A stretch of DNA of 64,000 nucleotides from Octopus vulgaris. Lineage: Eukaryota. The notes under the pieces are model-generated. The model was not told the DNA's origin, ran no database searches, and worked only from the letters and a program-made list of their open reading frames with translations. The DNA is taken from the NCBI GenBank assembly GCA_951406725.2, contig OX597815.1, forward strand, positions 73,346,001-73,410,000, written 5' to 3'. Shown one piece after another: positions 38,677 to 51,022 of the stretch (position 1 is its first letter; every line of letters starts with the position of its first letter). The position numbers were made by a program, and so were the translations under genes.

Positions 38677-40210
38677 TGCTTCAACACTCGAACTCACATA
38701 AAGAATCTGGCAAACCAAATCCAAAAATGAAGACTATAATTGTTTTACCTTAAAAAAAAAGGTGACTGTAAGTAAATATCAGTGATGCTTAGATCAGAAC
38801 TGTAAGCTATTGGGATTATAATAATAATAACAGGAGAATTGCATCATTAATTGAAGTGCCTTTGGATTTGCTTGTGACATACTTCTGACATTAAATTATG
38901 TTCTATCCTTCTTTTATGGTTATTTTAGAGTTCTAATATAATAGTGAATTAGCTGAGTTGCAGAACATCAGATAGAATGTCTTCTTGTATTTGTTCTAGT
39001 TGTCTGCTTCTGAGTTTCAGATTATGTTTGAGGTCAAATTTGCTTTTCATCCTTTTCAGAGTTGATAAAAAATAAAAATGCCCATAAAATACTGAGGTAA
39101 ATTTCCTGCTCCCCTCTCCTTGTTGGAATAGGCCACACTGAAGGAACTAAGACAGGCACATTCATGTCACAGCCTCACCAATATTTTTCACCACAATAAG
39201 AAAGAATGAACGAGTTGTACAAGATCTTGGTTTGCCTTTAGTTAACTGCTAATGACAGTCAGGGCATTATGTATAGTCCATTTAAAGGAACTTGTTGTAT
39301 ATATGTATGTGTATGGAGCCTTGTCTTGACATCATGTGAAGGCTGCAAATGCACCTCACTACCTCAGTTGTTTTCCACCATACTTCTAGTACCGTTGTAT
39401 TTACTGGTTTAGTTTGGTCATCAAATTCTTCCTCATTTTCTTTCTCACTCTCCATCATTCCTCACTTATCAGTAAATCAGGCATGGGAAACCTTGTTTTG
39501 AGAAACGGGTTATGAGATATGGCTCATCATCAAGCAGGTTGCACTACTAAAAGAATTCAAGGTAATTTTTCATTAAGTATACCATTCAGAAAACCCGGAG
39601 GCACATGGCTTAATGGTTAGAGTGTTGAACTCCTGATTGTGGTGTAGATTCCTGCACTGGGTGACACATTTTTGAGTAAGACACTTCATTTCATGTTGGT
39701 GCAGTCCACTCAGCTGGTGAAAATGAGTAATCCTGCGATAGACTGGTGTCCCATCCAGTTGAGAATATATGTGCCATGCAAACCAGCCCTAATTGACGAT
39801 GATGATGATGACTGCTGTTCCACATATTCTTGACTATTACTTTCATCATTATTAATTGTCTATATTGCATGCTGGCATGGGTTGGAGGGTTGAATAGGAT
39901 CTGATGACCCACAGGACTACAATGTTGGGCTCCAATATCTGCTTTGGCAAGGTTTGTGTCCCATAGGTAGCTTTCTACTTCTTTTAATCCCTGGTTTTGT
40001 TCCTTTTAACCGAATGTATAATAATTATGGTACTGATGACAATATATAGGAAATGGTAAAGGCACATGACCTGGTGGTGAGGATGTTGGACCCTTGATCA
40101 TTTATATGCCATGGAAGAGTAGGACAAGTTATGAGGCCTATGATCTTGTAAGTTTGTCACAAAACTAAGACAATATAAACAAATACACTAAGACATGAAT
40201 GGAGACTTAC

Positions 40211-40276
40211 GCGATGGACGGATGATGGCATCAGACCTTTGATTTTATTTTCATAATGGATCTGGATCTCTGCAAG
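40211..40276 (-). CDS. CEP112: CEP112-like internal exon (LAEIQIHYENKIKGLMPSSVHR)
   Basis: cttttctttctttacttcAG acceptor and GTaagt donor; 66 nt, phase 0/0. YENKIKGLMPSS matches the CEP112 motif YETKLKGLMPAS as recalled. Confidence 0.9.
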
Positions 40277-40349
40277 CTGAAGTAAAGAAAGAAAAGTCAA
40301 CTTATACTAAGCTGTTTTCTGCAGTCATTTCTTAATGAGACTTTAATGA

Positions 40350-40992
40350 CAACCGTTTCTAATTTTGGCACACGGCCAGCAATTTTAGAGGGAGAACATG
40401 AGTTGATTACATTAACCTCAGTACTTTGCATGGTACTTTATTTTGTTGATCCTGAAAGGATTAAAGGCAAAGTTGATCTTGATGGGATTTGAGCTCAGAA
40501 TGCCAAGAACTGGAAGAAATGCTACTAAGCATTTTGTCCAGCATGCTAATGATTCTACTGGCTTGCTGCCTTATTAATAGCAGTTTCAAATTTTGGCACA
40601 AAGCCAGCAATTTTGTGGGAGGGATAAGCTGATGACATTGACCCCAGTGTTCAACTGGTACTTATTTATCAACCCCATAAGGATGAAAGGCAAAGTCGAA
40701 CTCAGAATTTAAGGACAGGCAAAATGCTGCCTGGTGTGCTAACGATTCTGCCAGCTCACTACCTTTGCTGCCTCAATAATAATAATAACGGTTTCCAATT
40801 TTTGCACAAGGCCAGAAATTTGAGGAGAAGGGTTAGTCAGTACCTTCAGCCCCAATATCTTACTTGTACTGTATTTTATCAACACTGAAAAGTTGTCCTT
40901 GGTGTGATTTGAACTCAGAACATTAAGAGCCAGATGAAATGTTCTAAGCATTTTGTTTCATGCTCTAACAATTCTGCTAGCTTGCCACCTTA
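40350..40992 (-). mobile_element. Three tandem copies of SINE family A
   Basis: Three head-to-tail units (~40350-40572, 40583-40772, 40789-40992), each beginning gtttc.aa.ttt.gcacaaggccag on the plus strand. Confidence 0.85.
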
Positions 40993-41184
40993 ATAATTAT
41001 TAATAATAATGATTTCTAATAATAACAATTAAGCAATTTATGCCACATACCATTCTGCACCAGCATCACTTTTCTAAACTGTTTGACAGCAGGAAGACAC
41101 AGCAAAGAGTCATCTGCCCTACCTGGCATATATATAAGAATACCAGATATCATAAAACATCAAAAGATAGCTTGGTGATGATGA

Positions 41185-41577
41185 TGGAGTACTTCATTCT
41201 CACTACAACATGGTTTCAGGTTCAGTCCCATGGTGTGGCACCTTGGCAAGTGTCTTCTGCTACAATCCTGGGCCAACCAAAGCCTTGTGGGTGGATCTGG
41301 TAGATGGAAACTGAAAGTGGTCTGTTGTGTATATGTATAAATACATGAGTGTGTTTGTGTTTCCATGTTGTGACATCACATATTAGTTGTAAATGAGTGT
41401 CACTGTCATACAAGCAGTGCCATTTATTTCTAAAACTTTGCAACAATATATTTGGCCATGGGGAAATATTTATCTTGCTTGGAAACAGGTGAAGGTTGGT
41501 GACAGGAAAAAAGTTTCCTCAATAAACTCCATTTGATCCATGCAAGCATGGAAATGTGTACGTTAAAATAATGATTA
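41185..41577 (+). mobile_element. SINE family C head joined to a different body ending in an RTE-like tail
   Basis: Family C head, then ttgtaaatgagtgtcactgtcatacaagcagtg...ccatgcaagcatggaaa..acgttaaa.(gat)n. Relatives at 15965-16370, 33670-33895, 34990-35350 and 50345-50975. Confidence 0.75.
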
Positions 41578-41607
41578 TTACTGAAGTATTAAATAAATCT
41601 GAATTAC

Positions 41608-41697
41608 CTTTTCTTCATATTGGCTGATTTGCTGCTCAAGTTGTCGTTCATGATTTCGAGCTTTTGAATAATCTTCATCATATTTCTGTTGCAGAGC
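41608..41697 (-). CDS. CEP112: CEP112-like internal exon (ALQQKYDEDYSKARNHERQLEQQISQYEEK)
   Basis: aaatgtAG acceptor and GTaatt donor; 90 nt, phase 0/0; Q/E/K-rich coiled-coil composition. Confidence 0.85.
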
Positions 41698-42028
41698 CTA
41701 CATTTAAATAAATTGTGAAATTACAATAAATCTTATATTATAAAAGAGAAGCTGATCTTTATCTGTCTGTCTGTCTGTCATAATATCTATTAGAAGGAGG
41801 GAAGAAGAGGAAGATTCAAAAAGGGAGGTTAACACTTGTCACAATGTATATTTAGAAGGAGGAGGAGAGAATTTCTTGTTGAGAGAGAAATACAGAAAGA
41901 CTGTGAGATAGATAGATAGTGTTGTCACCATAGTAGCTAACAAGTTTTGATTTAAAATGTGGAAATTTTAAATGCAGGTCTATCAACACAATGCAACATA
42001 AAAATTAAAAAATAGCTATATATATATA

Positions 42029-43026
42029 TCATCATCATCATCATCATCGTTTAACGTCCGTTTTCCGCGCTAGCATGGGTTGGACGGTTCGACCGGGGTC
42101 TGGGAAGCCAGGGGCCGCTCCAGGCTCCAGTCTGATCTGGCAGAGTTTCTACGGCTGGATGCCCTTCCTAACGCCAACCACTCCATGAGTGGAGTGGGTG
42201 CTTTTACGTGCCACCTGCACAGGGGCCGGGGGGTCCGGCATCGGTCACGATCGGTTCGAGCTTTTAACGTGCCAGCGGCACGGGGGCAACGGGATCTGGG
42301 GTACTTTGAATGGGTAGGGGGTATGTGGAATTGCTGCAGAAAGCAGCCCGGGTCTTTGCAGTCACAGCATATCTCCAGAGATCTCGGTCCTTCGCCATTG
42401 CCTCAGTGAGGCCCAATGCTCTGAGGTCATGCTTGACTACTTCATCCCATATCTTCCTGGGTCTACCTCTCCCCCTGATACCTTCAACTGTTTGGGAGTG
42501 GCACTTCTTCACACATCTCTCTTCATCCATCCGCAGCACATGACCATACCATCGCAAGCGTGGCTCTTGCACACCACATCTGATGCTTCTTATATCCAGC
42601 ATTTCTCTCAGGATGCTTACACTCTGTTGTACGTGCACACTGACACTACACATCCAGCAGATCATGCTAGCTTCATTTCTTTCAAGTCTACGCATGTCCT
42701 CTGCAGTCACAGCCCATGTTTCATTACCGTGAAGCATGGCAGTTCGCACACATGCATCATACAGTCTACCTTTCGCTCTGAGGGAGAGACCTTTTGTTGC
42801 CAGTAGGGGTAGGAGCTTTCTGAACTTTGCCCAGGCTATTCGTATTCTAGTGGTGATACTCTCTGTGCATCCACCTCCGCTACTAACTTGGTCACCCAGG
42901 TAGCGGAAACTATCAACTACTTCTAGTTTCTCTCCCTGGAGTGTGATGGAATCTGTTTTCTGAGTGTCTGTTGTGTCTATTGTCCCTGTGCATCTGCCGC
43001 ACATGAAAGCTATCTTATCTGTTAAT
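42029..43026 (-). mobile_element. Young 5'-truncated RTE LINE, near-identical to 60545-61740
   Basis: ORF 42264-43046 contains FRYLGD, RLRWYGHVLRM and RGRGRPRK. Same 3' UTR and (CAT)n tail, with an internal 3' UTR deletion near 42285. Confidence 0.95.
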
Positions 43027-43551
43027 TTAATATATATATAATACAAATGTATCTTTTTCCATTGTTTGTGTGTGTGTTTCTGTGTCTTTCAACAATACAA
43101 CACAGACTTTAAGAAAAAACTTTCACTATAACAAGTAGTTGTTCAGGAGCATAGCAATGGATACAACTAGTTTTGATAATGTGAAAGCTCTTTCTTATAA
43201 TTTTGGAGTTGTACTTGAATAGCAAATGATCTGATCTTAGGCTGTGGGTTGAAAATGCGGCAGCTATATCACACAGTAAATAAGTAAGACCCTGGATATT
43301 ACTGTCTTGAGCCTGAGAACTCATAGGGCTGGTTACTCATTTTCTATGGCATATAAGCAACCAAAGTCACAATATTCCCTGTGAACAGGCCTCCAGTCCA
43401 TTGCAGGGTTACCTATTTACAGCTGAGTGGACTGGAGCAATATGAAATGAAGTATTTTGCTCAAGAACACAATGTACTGCTTTGTTCAGGAATCAAAATC
43501 ATCTCATGATCTGAATACAATGCCCTAACCACTAAGCGGCACTGTCTATTA

Positions 43552-43735
43552 TTAATAAACACCCAAATTTATTAAATTCACTTTAATTTTACTTTTACTT
43601 TATGGTGTGGCCTGATCACTAACACATGAATTGCAGTGGAACTGCGACAGTAACCAGGTCACAGTTGTGTGATGAAACTTTTGTCACTTCCTAAAGTAAC
43701 TTTGAAGTGAATTTAACGGTTTTGGGTGTTATTAA
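43552..43735. mobile_element. MITE-like element with ~30-bp imperfect TIRs
   Basis: ttaataaacacccaaatttattaaattcactt ... aagtgaatttaacggttttgggtgttattaa. Confidence 0.55.
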
Positions 43736-43949
43736 CCCTTTAGCATTTAATTTGGCCCAAATATTCTACCTGCTTTATGTTAAAACTGATCAAATCCAAC
43801 CTTTCACACCTATCCTACAAGGTCATTCTAAAAATATATAAACACACCATTGAAATCTTGAAACTACAAAATAATGTGTGATTAATTCAAAACAATGTGA
43901 ATAAATAAGCCTTACATTTGGGAAAGAAATCTGAATGCTGAAGGGATGA
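43732..43949. mobile_element. TTAA MITE, second family
   Basis: ttaa-ccctttagcattt ... gaatgctgaaggg; it is the reverse complement of the interrupted copy at 51023-51532. Confidence 0.7.
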
Positions 43950-45736
43950 AATGCAGTTAAGAATTTTGCTCAACATGCTAATGATTCTGCCAACTTGCCC
44001 CTTTTATAGCAGTATTTAACATCGATTTCATATTTTGGCACTAGGCCAGCAATTTTGAGGAAGGGGCATGTCAATTACATTGACCCCAGTGCTCAACTAG
44101 CACTTATACTATTGATCCTGAATGGATGAAAGGCAAAGTTGAAGTTGGTGGAATTTGGACTGAGAATGTAAAGACAGACGAAATGCTGCTAAGGATTTCA
44201 CTCAGCTTGCTAATGATTCTGCCAGCTCACTGCCTTATATACATATATAATATTAACTGCTACCATCAGCTAAATCAAACTTGCTTCCCCTCTTACTTGT
44301 ACAGTTTAGCAAAGGTTCACAGTTAGTCATCCATAAGTCAGAGAATAACACTCAAAATGAGAAATAGAGTGGTTATGTTTTTATACCACCATGCAGTATA
44401 TCACTGATTATGGCACAAAAAAAGGGCAAAATGTTACCATCAGTTTCACACTGACTATTGCACTCGGCAATACTTCCAACCACCATGTCTGAAGAATTGT
44501 CAATATTGCCTAGGTGCAATGGTCAGTGTGCAATTGGCCATAAAATTCTGATCAGTTACATGTCAGAACCCAGTACATGGTTTTAAAGTATAAATATGTG
44601 TGTGAAAAATTACCATAACTAAAACAAGTATCTTTAGAGTTGAAAACATAATGTGATAAGAAACAGACAAATTGTGGCTAATAATTCTGTAGACAGCCAC
44701 ACTACAGTAGCTGTATCTCATGGCAAAACTGCAGACATATGTATCAATATTTCTTTGATGATTTTTTTTTTATTTTGTTCAGGTGATATGGCTACGTCTA
44801 GTCCATCTCTAATCTCAAGAACTTAGCTTTCGGCTCAATAATTTTTACTGTCAATATCAACATAAATACTATGATATTAAATTTGACATGCTATTTTGCA
44901 CCATCCTATCACATATTTTTTTTTTGTCATAAATTAATAAAAGAATATAAGATATTTTACCATTAAGACTTTTTTTAAATTTATTTTTCAAATGTAAGAG
45001 CTATGTGATTATTTATTCTTTAAAAAAAAAATGCAAAACTTTTCTCTGAAAGTAAAAGACCTCACAAGAAAGTCAAAGTTCATATAATAAATTCTTTCTG
45101 ATTGCATATAATAAAATCTATTGATTTGATATGATTTATATAGAACTGAATAAATATTCATTGTGATAGCAGCTTCATGCAGATAAAGCTAATTTTATTA
45201 ATATAATAAAATTATTTAAAAAAAGACAACTGTCCATTTATTGATATAAGTTTTATATTAAACAGAAAAAAAAAATTTAGTCTTGAAAGCTAGTTTGGTA
45301 ATATAATTCAAATACACAATTACTAACATGGAAGCAATGATGTTGAAGCCATATCATTTTCCATTCTTTACTATTTCTGGTATATTCAGAATTTATATAT
45401 ATTTTTTTGCCTCAACAAAAGCTAACTGCAGCAGAGGCAGCAGCAGCAACAAAGGCTATATTTCTGAGAAACGTTCATTCCAATAACTTTGGAAAGAATT
45501 ATCAACAATGATTGAATTCTGTCAGCTCTTCAAAGTAATATTCAGCAAAAAGATAAACAATTCTATTTGGATTTCATATTCAGATTTAATGGCAAAGTTA
45601 TTCCTTAGGGAAATTTCCCCTTATTTCATTCTTTGATAAATTAATAAAGATGAAAGAATAAATAAAGAATTTAACAGAGAAAGAATGTAGTTTTTTTTGA
45701 CATTTGATTAATCATTTTCTGTTAGGTGTAACTTAC

Positions 45737-45833
45737 CATGAGAGCAGCAGTATTTTGTCGGCGAATCATTTTAATTTTCTCTTCATGTTTCGCCTGGAGG
45801 TTACAATTCATTTTCTCACTCCCTTCTTTTTGT
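45737..45833 (-). CDS. CEP112: CEP112-like internal exon (QKEGSEKMNCNLQAKHEEKIKMIRRQNTAALM)
   Basis: aataacAG acceptor preceded by a (TTA)n tract; GTaagt donor. 97 nt; its phase-2 start matches the upstream exon and its phase-0 end matches the next. Confidence 0.8.
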
Positions 45834-45841
45834 CTGTTATT

Positions 45842-45844
<3 letters not shown>

Positions 45845-45900
<56 letters not shown>
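45845..45900. repeat. (AAT)n microsatellite next to a CEP112 splice acceptor
   Basis: About 19 perfect units beginning roughly 12 nt from the exon boundary at 45833. Confidence 0.95.
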
Positions 45901-45901
<1 letters not shown>

Positions 45902-46660
45902 GACGACAAATAAATATATAGTGACATGAAAGAAAAGAGGGCATGATAATTTTGATGGAAACAAACATAAAAAACATACAAGAATTTTGATGAAGATGAA
46001 TAAAAAAACATAATATCTGAAATGATTCAAAGCCAAACAGTGCATATGTATAAAAAGCAGAATTATTTCTTATATTAGGAACTCAAAAATAGATCTGTAT
46101 GTATGCAGACAGGAGTTTATGTTGTTATCAAATGTGGTTGATATATTTGTGTGAAGACAATTTATTAACGAATCATTAGAAATATGTCTAATATGTAGTA
46201 TCTACTTCAAATTAAAAAAAGAAAAATCAATGTTTGGTAGTCCAGTGTATATACATTTAATGCACGTGTTTGTAGTCTTGGTGAATTTCACACAAAAATT
46301 TAAAACTATTAGATTTCAATTATTTATTTTCCTTTGTTAACGTTAACAAGACAAGGAAATCAACTGAGAAAAAAAAAACAACAAATGAATACAAGATATT
46401 TGTAATGTGTAAGCAAAATAAATTTTTCTTTGAATTCAAATATGTATGGCTCAGTGGTTAAAGGGTCAGGCTCACAATAACGAGTTCAATGGACTGTATG
46501 TTGTGTTCTTGAGCCAGGCACTTTATTTCACATTGCTTCATTTCACTCAGCTGTAGGAATGAGTTGCAACGTCACTGGTGCCCAGTGTCTTCTACTATAG
46601 CCTCAGTCCAACCAAAGCCTTGTGAGTGGATTTATTGGATGAAAATTGAAAGAAGCCCAT

Positions 46661-46701
<41 letters not shown>

Positions 46702-47544
46702 TCATCATCATCATCCTCATCATTTAATGTCCAACTTCCATGCATGTATGGGTAGGATGGTTGAGAGGAGCCAGTCAGGTAGAAAAACTACCCTAGGTTA
46801 CTGTGTTTTAGCAGCGAGTTTACGGCTGGATGCCCTTCCTAACACTAACCACTCTGCAAAGTGAACTATATATGTGGGTGTGTGTGTTTGTGCATGTGTG
46901 TCTGTGTTTGTACCACTGCCATTGCTTGACAACTGATGTTGGGATGTTTAAATCCCAGTAACTTAGCTGTTCAGCAAAAGAGACTGATAGAATAAGTACT
47001 AGGCTTACAAAGAATAAGCACTGGGGTTGATTTTGCATGACTAAAACCCTTTAAGGCAGTGCTCCAGCATGGCCGCAGTCAAATGACTGAAATGTGTAAA
47101 AGAATAAAAATACATAGAGCTGTATATTATCCACATAATGTTTGTGACGAAACCCATTTTATTCCATTAGTTTGCAAACTTCAACTGACATAACATTTCA
47201 ACATATTTCAGTTAATCTAATTATATTACATAAAACAAAACCCCACAATATTGAAACAATTATTCCACATGCAAACAACATAGTTTCTTATGTTCTTTTA
47301 CTTGTTTCAGTTATTGGACTGCAGCCATGCTGGGGCACTACCAGGTTTAGTTGAACAAATTGATCCCATTATTTATTTGTTTTTAAGTCTGGTCTTTTTT
47401 GCCAAATTGCTGGGTTACTGGGACGTAAACAAACCAACACCAGTTGTCAAGTAATGTGGGGTCAAGCACAAAGACAAGAACATACACATGTGTGTACATA
47501 TATATAACTTAGATTGGTTTTGGCCATTATTGGCCCAGGCCATG

Positions 47545-48141
47545 ACAAACTCAATAACACCATGTAGGCTCAAAAATACCATTTGGACTCAATAGCACCA
47601 CCTGGACTCAATAGCACCACTTGGATTCAATAGCATCACCAGGACTCAATAGCACCACCTGAACTCAATAGCACCACCTAGACTCAATATCACCACCTGG
47701 ATGTAATAGCACCACTTGATCTCAATAGCACCACCTAGACTCAATAGCACCACCTAGTCTCAATAGCACCACCTGGACTCAATATCACCACCTGGACGTA
47801 ATAGCACCACCTGATCTCAATAGCACCACCTGGACTCAATAGCACCACTTGGATTCAATAGCACTATACGGTCACAATAGCACCAGCTGGACACCATATC
47901 ACCACCTGGTCTCAATAGCACCACATGGACTCAATAGCACCACCTGGACTCAATAGCACCACATGGACTCAATAACACCACCTGGTCTCAATAGCGCCAC
48001 CTAGACTCAATAGCACCACCTGGTCTCAATAGCACCACTTGGATTCAATAACATCACCTGGACTCAATAGCATCGCCTGGACTCAATAGCACCACCTGGA
48101 CTCAATCACCACCTGGAGTCAATAGCACCACCTATAGCACC
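47545..48141. repeat. 19-bp minisatellite (TGGACTCAATAGCACCACC)n, about 30 copies
   Basis: Directly visible tandem units with point variants and no spacers. Confidence 0.95.
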
Positions 48142-48198
48142 ATATATATGAAATAGGAGCACTAGTGCAATAAACATTATCAACCACATATATGCATA

Positions 48199-48553
48199 GC
48201 CAGTGTATTTGCTTGTAAGCTGCAATTTGGCATTGTGGAGAATACTCTCTCAGAGTACCAGGTGTTAAAATACCTGAAAGTAAATAGACAGGTGAGATAA
48301 CTCGCCTCTAATCCCATCTAGGAGTGATGAACATTAATATTTCACCATTTTTGTGGCTTATCAAAAATGACAAAGAAAAGAATGGTGAAACCACAAAAGT
48401 AATTCACCAATGGTGAAACATCAACGTCCATCACCCTTAGATGGGATTAGAGCTGAGTTACCTTGCCTGTCCATGACTTTCTGATGTTTCAACAACTGGT
48501 GCTATGAGAGCACCATCACACCAAATTGCAGCCAACTGGCAAATACACATGGC
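48199..48553. repeat. Old imperfect inverted repeat
   Basis: gccagtgtatttgc..gctgcaatttgg..ctctaatcccatctag..gtgatg versus catcaccc.tagatgggattagag..ccaaattgcagc..gcaaatacacatggc. Confidence 0.8.
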
Positions 48554-48623
48554 ACATGCTTTTTTAAGTTTATCAGATTGATTATATGTATGTGTGTGTC
48601 TGTCCTTGTTTGTCCCCTAAAAA

Positions 48624-48675
<52 letters not shown>

Positions 48676-48954
48676 GTATAAGGAAAGGAAAAAATTGTAG
48701 GTGCAGATGATTTTTAATTCATAAATTCATAATCCACTGGATCTGTACCAACCTATATTATGAATTTATGAATTAAAGATCATCTATGGTCACTTGGTTT
48801 TATGAAAAGCATCAAGCTGATTAATGTGCTTTGGAAGGGATAATATGTTACCAAACGGCTTGGACTTGGTAGGCAGTACTATACTCCATGCCTCTACTCA
48901 ATGTGGTCTGACAATAACCATATTTCTAGAGAGACTATTGAGCAAAGTTTAAGC

Positions 48955-49176
48955 TTTACCCTTTCGCTACTGCATTTATTTTGAGATGCTCTGTGTTTCT
49001 TTCACTTACTTTAAATATAACAAAGAATTTAGTAAAATAATTTAGTTATCATTTAGCTAGTGTTAGGAACATAAATTGTGACCAAGGTTTGGTGGAATAT
49101 TTTAATTCAAAAGTTATGAAAACAAGACATTTGTAGCCAGAGCCAGTTTCAGCTGGGTTGGTAACGAAAGGATTAA
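48955..49176. mobile_element. TTAA-flanked MITE (piggyBac-like CCCT..AGGG termini)
   Basis: ttta-ccctttcgctac ... gtaacgaaagga-ttaa; an inverted copy lies at 6827-7072. Confidence 0.75.
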
Positions 49177-49295
49177 AAACACTAATTATTTTTTACTGCG
49201 TGTTGTATATATACAACTGGCTTCCACACATTTGCATATTAGAAGGAAACATGTTCTCCTGATGACCTCATTACTTTATTTTGCTGAAAGGGAAA

Positions 49296-49683
49296 TCTTT
49301 ATATAGAAAAGTGAAGTTGTGTGTCTGTCTCCTATGATTTAGATTCCTAACTACTCCCACATTTTGCGGTGCAGTTTAACCAAAACCGGATATCTTATAG
49401 TCGTAATTCATATCAAGCCCTTCTGGGTATTAGCGTGAGTCTACGATTTTAAAAATAATTTACCATCATTTTTTTCCATTTTAATGCATTTTTTCGCTAT
49501 TTTATATAAGGGAAGTAACTCTCTAAAAATGTCTACGATGAGTCAACGATTTAAAAAAAAATTTACCATCATTTTTTTTCCATTTTTAATACATTTTTTT
49601 GCTATTTTTTGGCTATAACTCTCTAAAAATGCTTTATAGTTATTTCCCTTACAAACCCGAGCAACGCCAGGCGATACTGCTAG
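49296..49683 (+). mobile_element. Short non-autonomous Helitron
   Basis: A|TCTTTATATAGAAAA...cccgagcaacgccaggcg-atactg-CTAG|T; inserted in an AT dinucleotide with no TSD. Internal duplication of ctacga..ttttaaaaa..tttaccatcatttttt. Confidence 0.85.
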
Positions 49684-51022
49684 TGAATTATAAAGCATGA
49701 TCTTTAGATGTTGAGTCTCATGGAGGCGATGACGATTGATTGAGACCTTTGGTGATTCACTGTGCCTGAGAAGACACATTAAGCCAAGTGAAATTGTAGT
49801 TGTGGCTAGTGTCAATGACATGTAGAAAGTGACCGTGCTGGTGACACATAAAAGGTACCCTTACTAGTGATAAGTAAAAGGCACCCATGCTGTGACACAT
49901 AAAAGGCACCTGTGCTGGTGGCACATAAGGGGGTACCGGTGCCAGTGATATGTAAAAGGCACCCTCTACACCTGTACACTCTTGGAGCGGTTGGCATTAG
50001 GAAGAGAATCCAAACCAAAACAGACTGCAGCCTGGTGCAGCGCCCCAGCTTACCAGTTCCAGTTAAACTGTCTAACCCATGCCAGCATGGAAAACAGATG
50101 TTAAATGATGAAAATGGATGCAAATGCAGTTTGTGGAGCCCAAGTCTCCTTTGTGTGTTCCTTTCTCTGGGATGATTTTTAAATACCCTTCCTGTCACCA
50201 ACCACTTTGGCATGATTTTTATGACTAGATACCTTCCTATCACCAACCATTTTACCCTGTGGTTTGGTTACATTTTATTATGTCACTGACACTGGAGACA
50301 TTTATCTGTGAAAAATCTTAATCTTTTGTACACTATCACCACCACCATCATCATCATCATCATCATCATTTTAACAGCTACTTCCCCATGCTTGAATGGG
50401 TCAAAACTTTTTGAGGCATAAATATACCTCAAAACGTTGGATGCCTTTCTTGAAGCCAACCTCATCTGTTTCCAGGCAAAATAATATTTCCCCATGGCCA
50501 TCCATGCTAGTGACATGTTAAAAATAGCTGTACTGGTGACATGTAAAAGACACCCAGTACACTCTCTGGAGTGGTTGGCATCAGGAAGGGCATCTAGCTG
50601 TAGAAACCAAGCCAAAGCACAAAACAAACTAGAGCCTGGTACAGCTCTCTGGCTTACCGGTTCAAGCCAAACTGTCAAACCCATGCCAGCATGGAAAACA
50701 GACACTAAATGATGATTGGAAATAATACAGCTTCTTTGACAATGACACTCATTCCACAACTATCATGTAATATCAAAACAAGGTCACACACACACGTGCG
50801 CGCACATACACACACACAGAGAACAGGCTTCTTTCAGTTTCCATCTACCAAATCCACTCGCAAGGCTTTTGCTGACTCAAGGTTGTAGTAGAAGACACTT
50901 GCCCAAAGTATGACACAGTGGCACTTGAAACCATGTAGTTGGGAAGTAAACTTCTCAACAACCAAAGCCATGCTGTGTTTATTTATTCCCTTTTTTCAAA
51001 TTGGCTTAAAACAGAATAATGT

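Noticed and set aside
39290-39460. Acidic minus-strand frame MMESEKENEEEFDDQ as an extra CEP112 exon
   Set aside because: No convincing acceptor, and the flanking exons already join into the conserved motif without it.
47545-48141. Possible CRISPR array
   Set aside because: Contiguous 19-bp tandem units with no unique spacers, no cas genes and a eukaryotic context.
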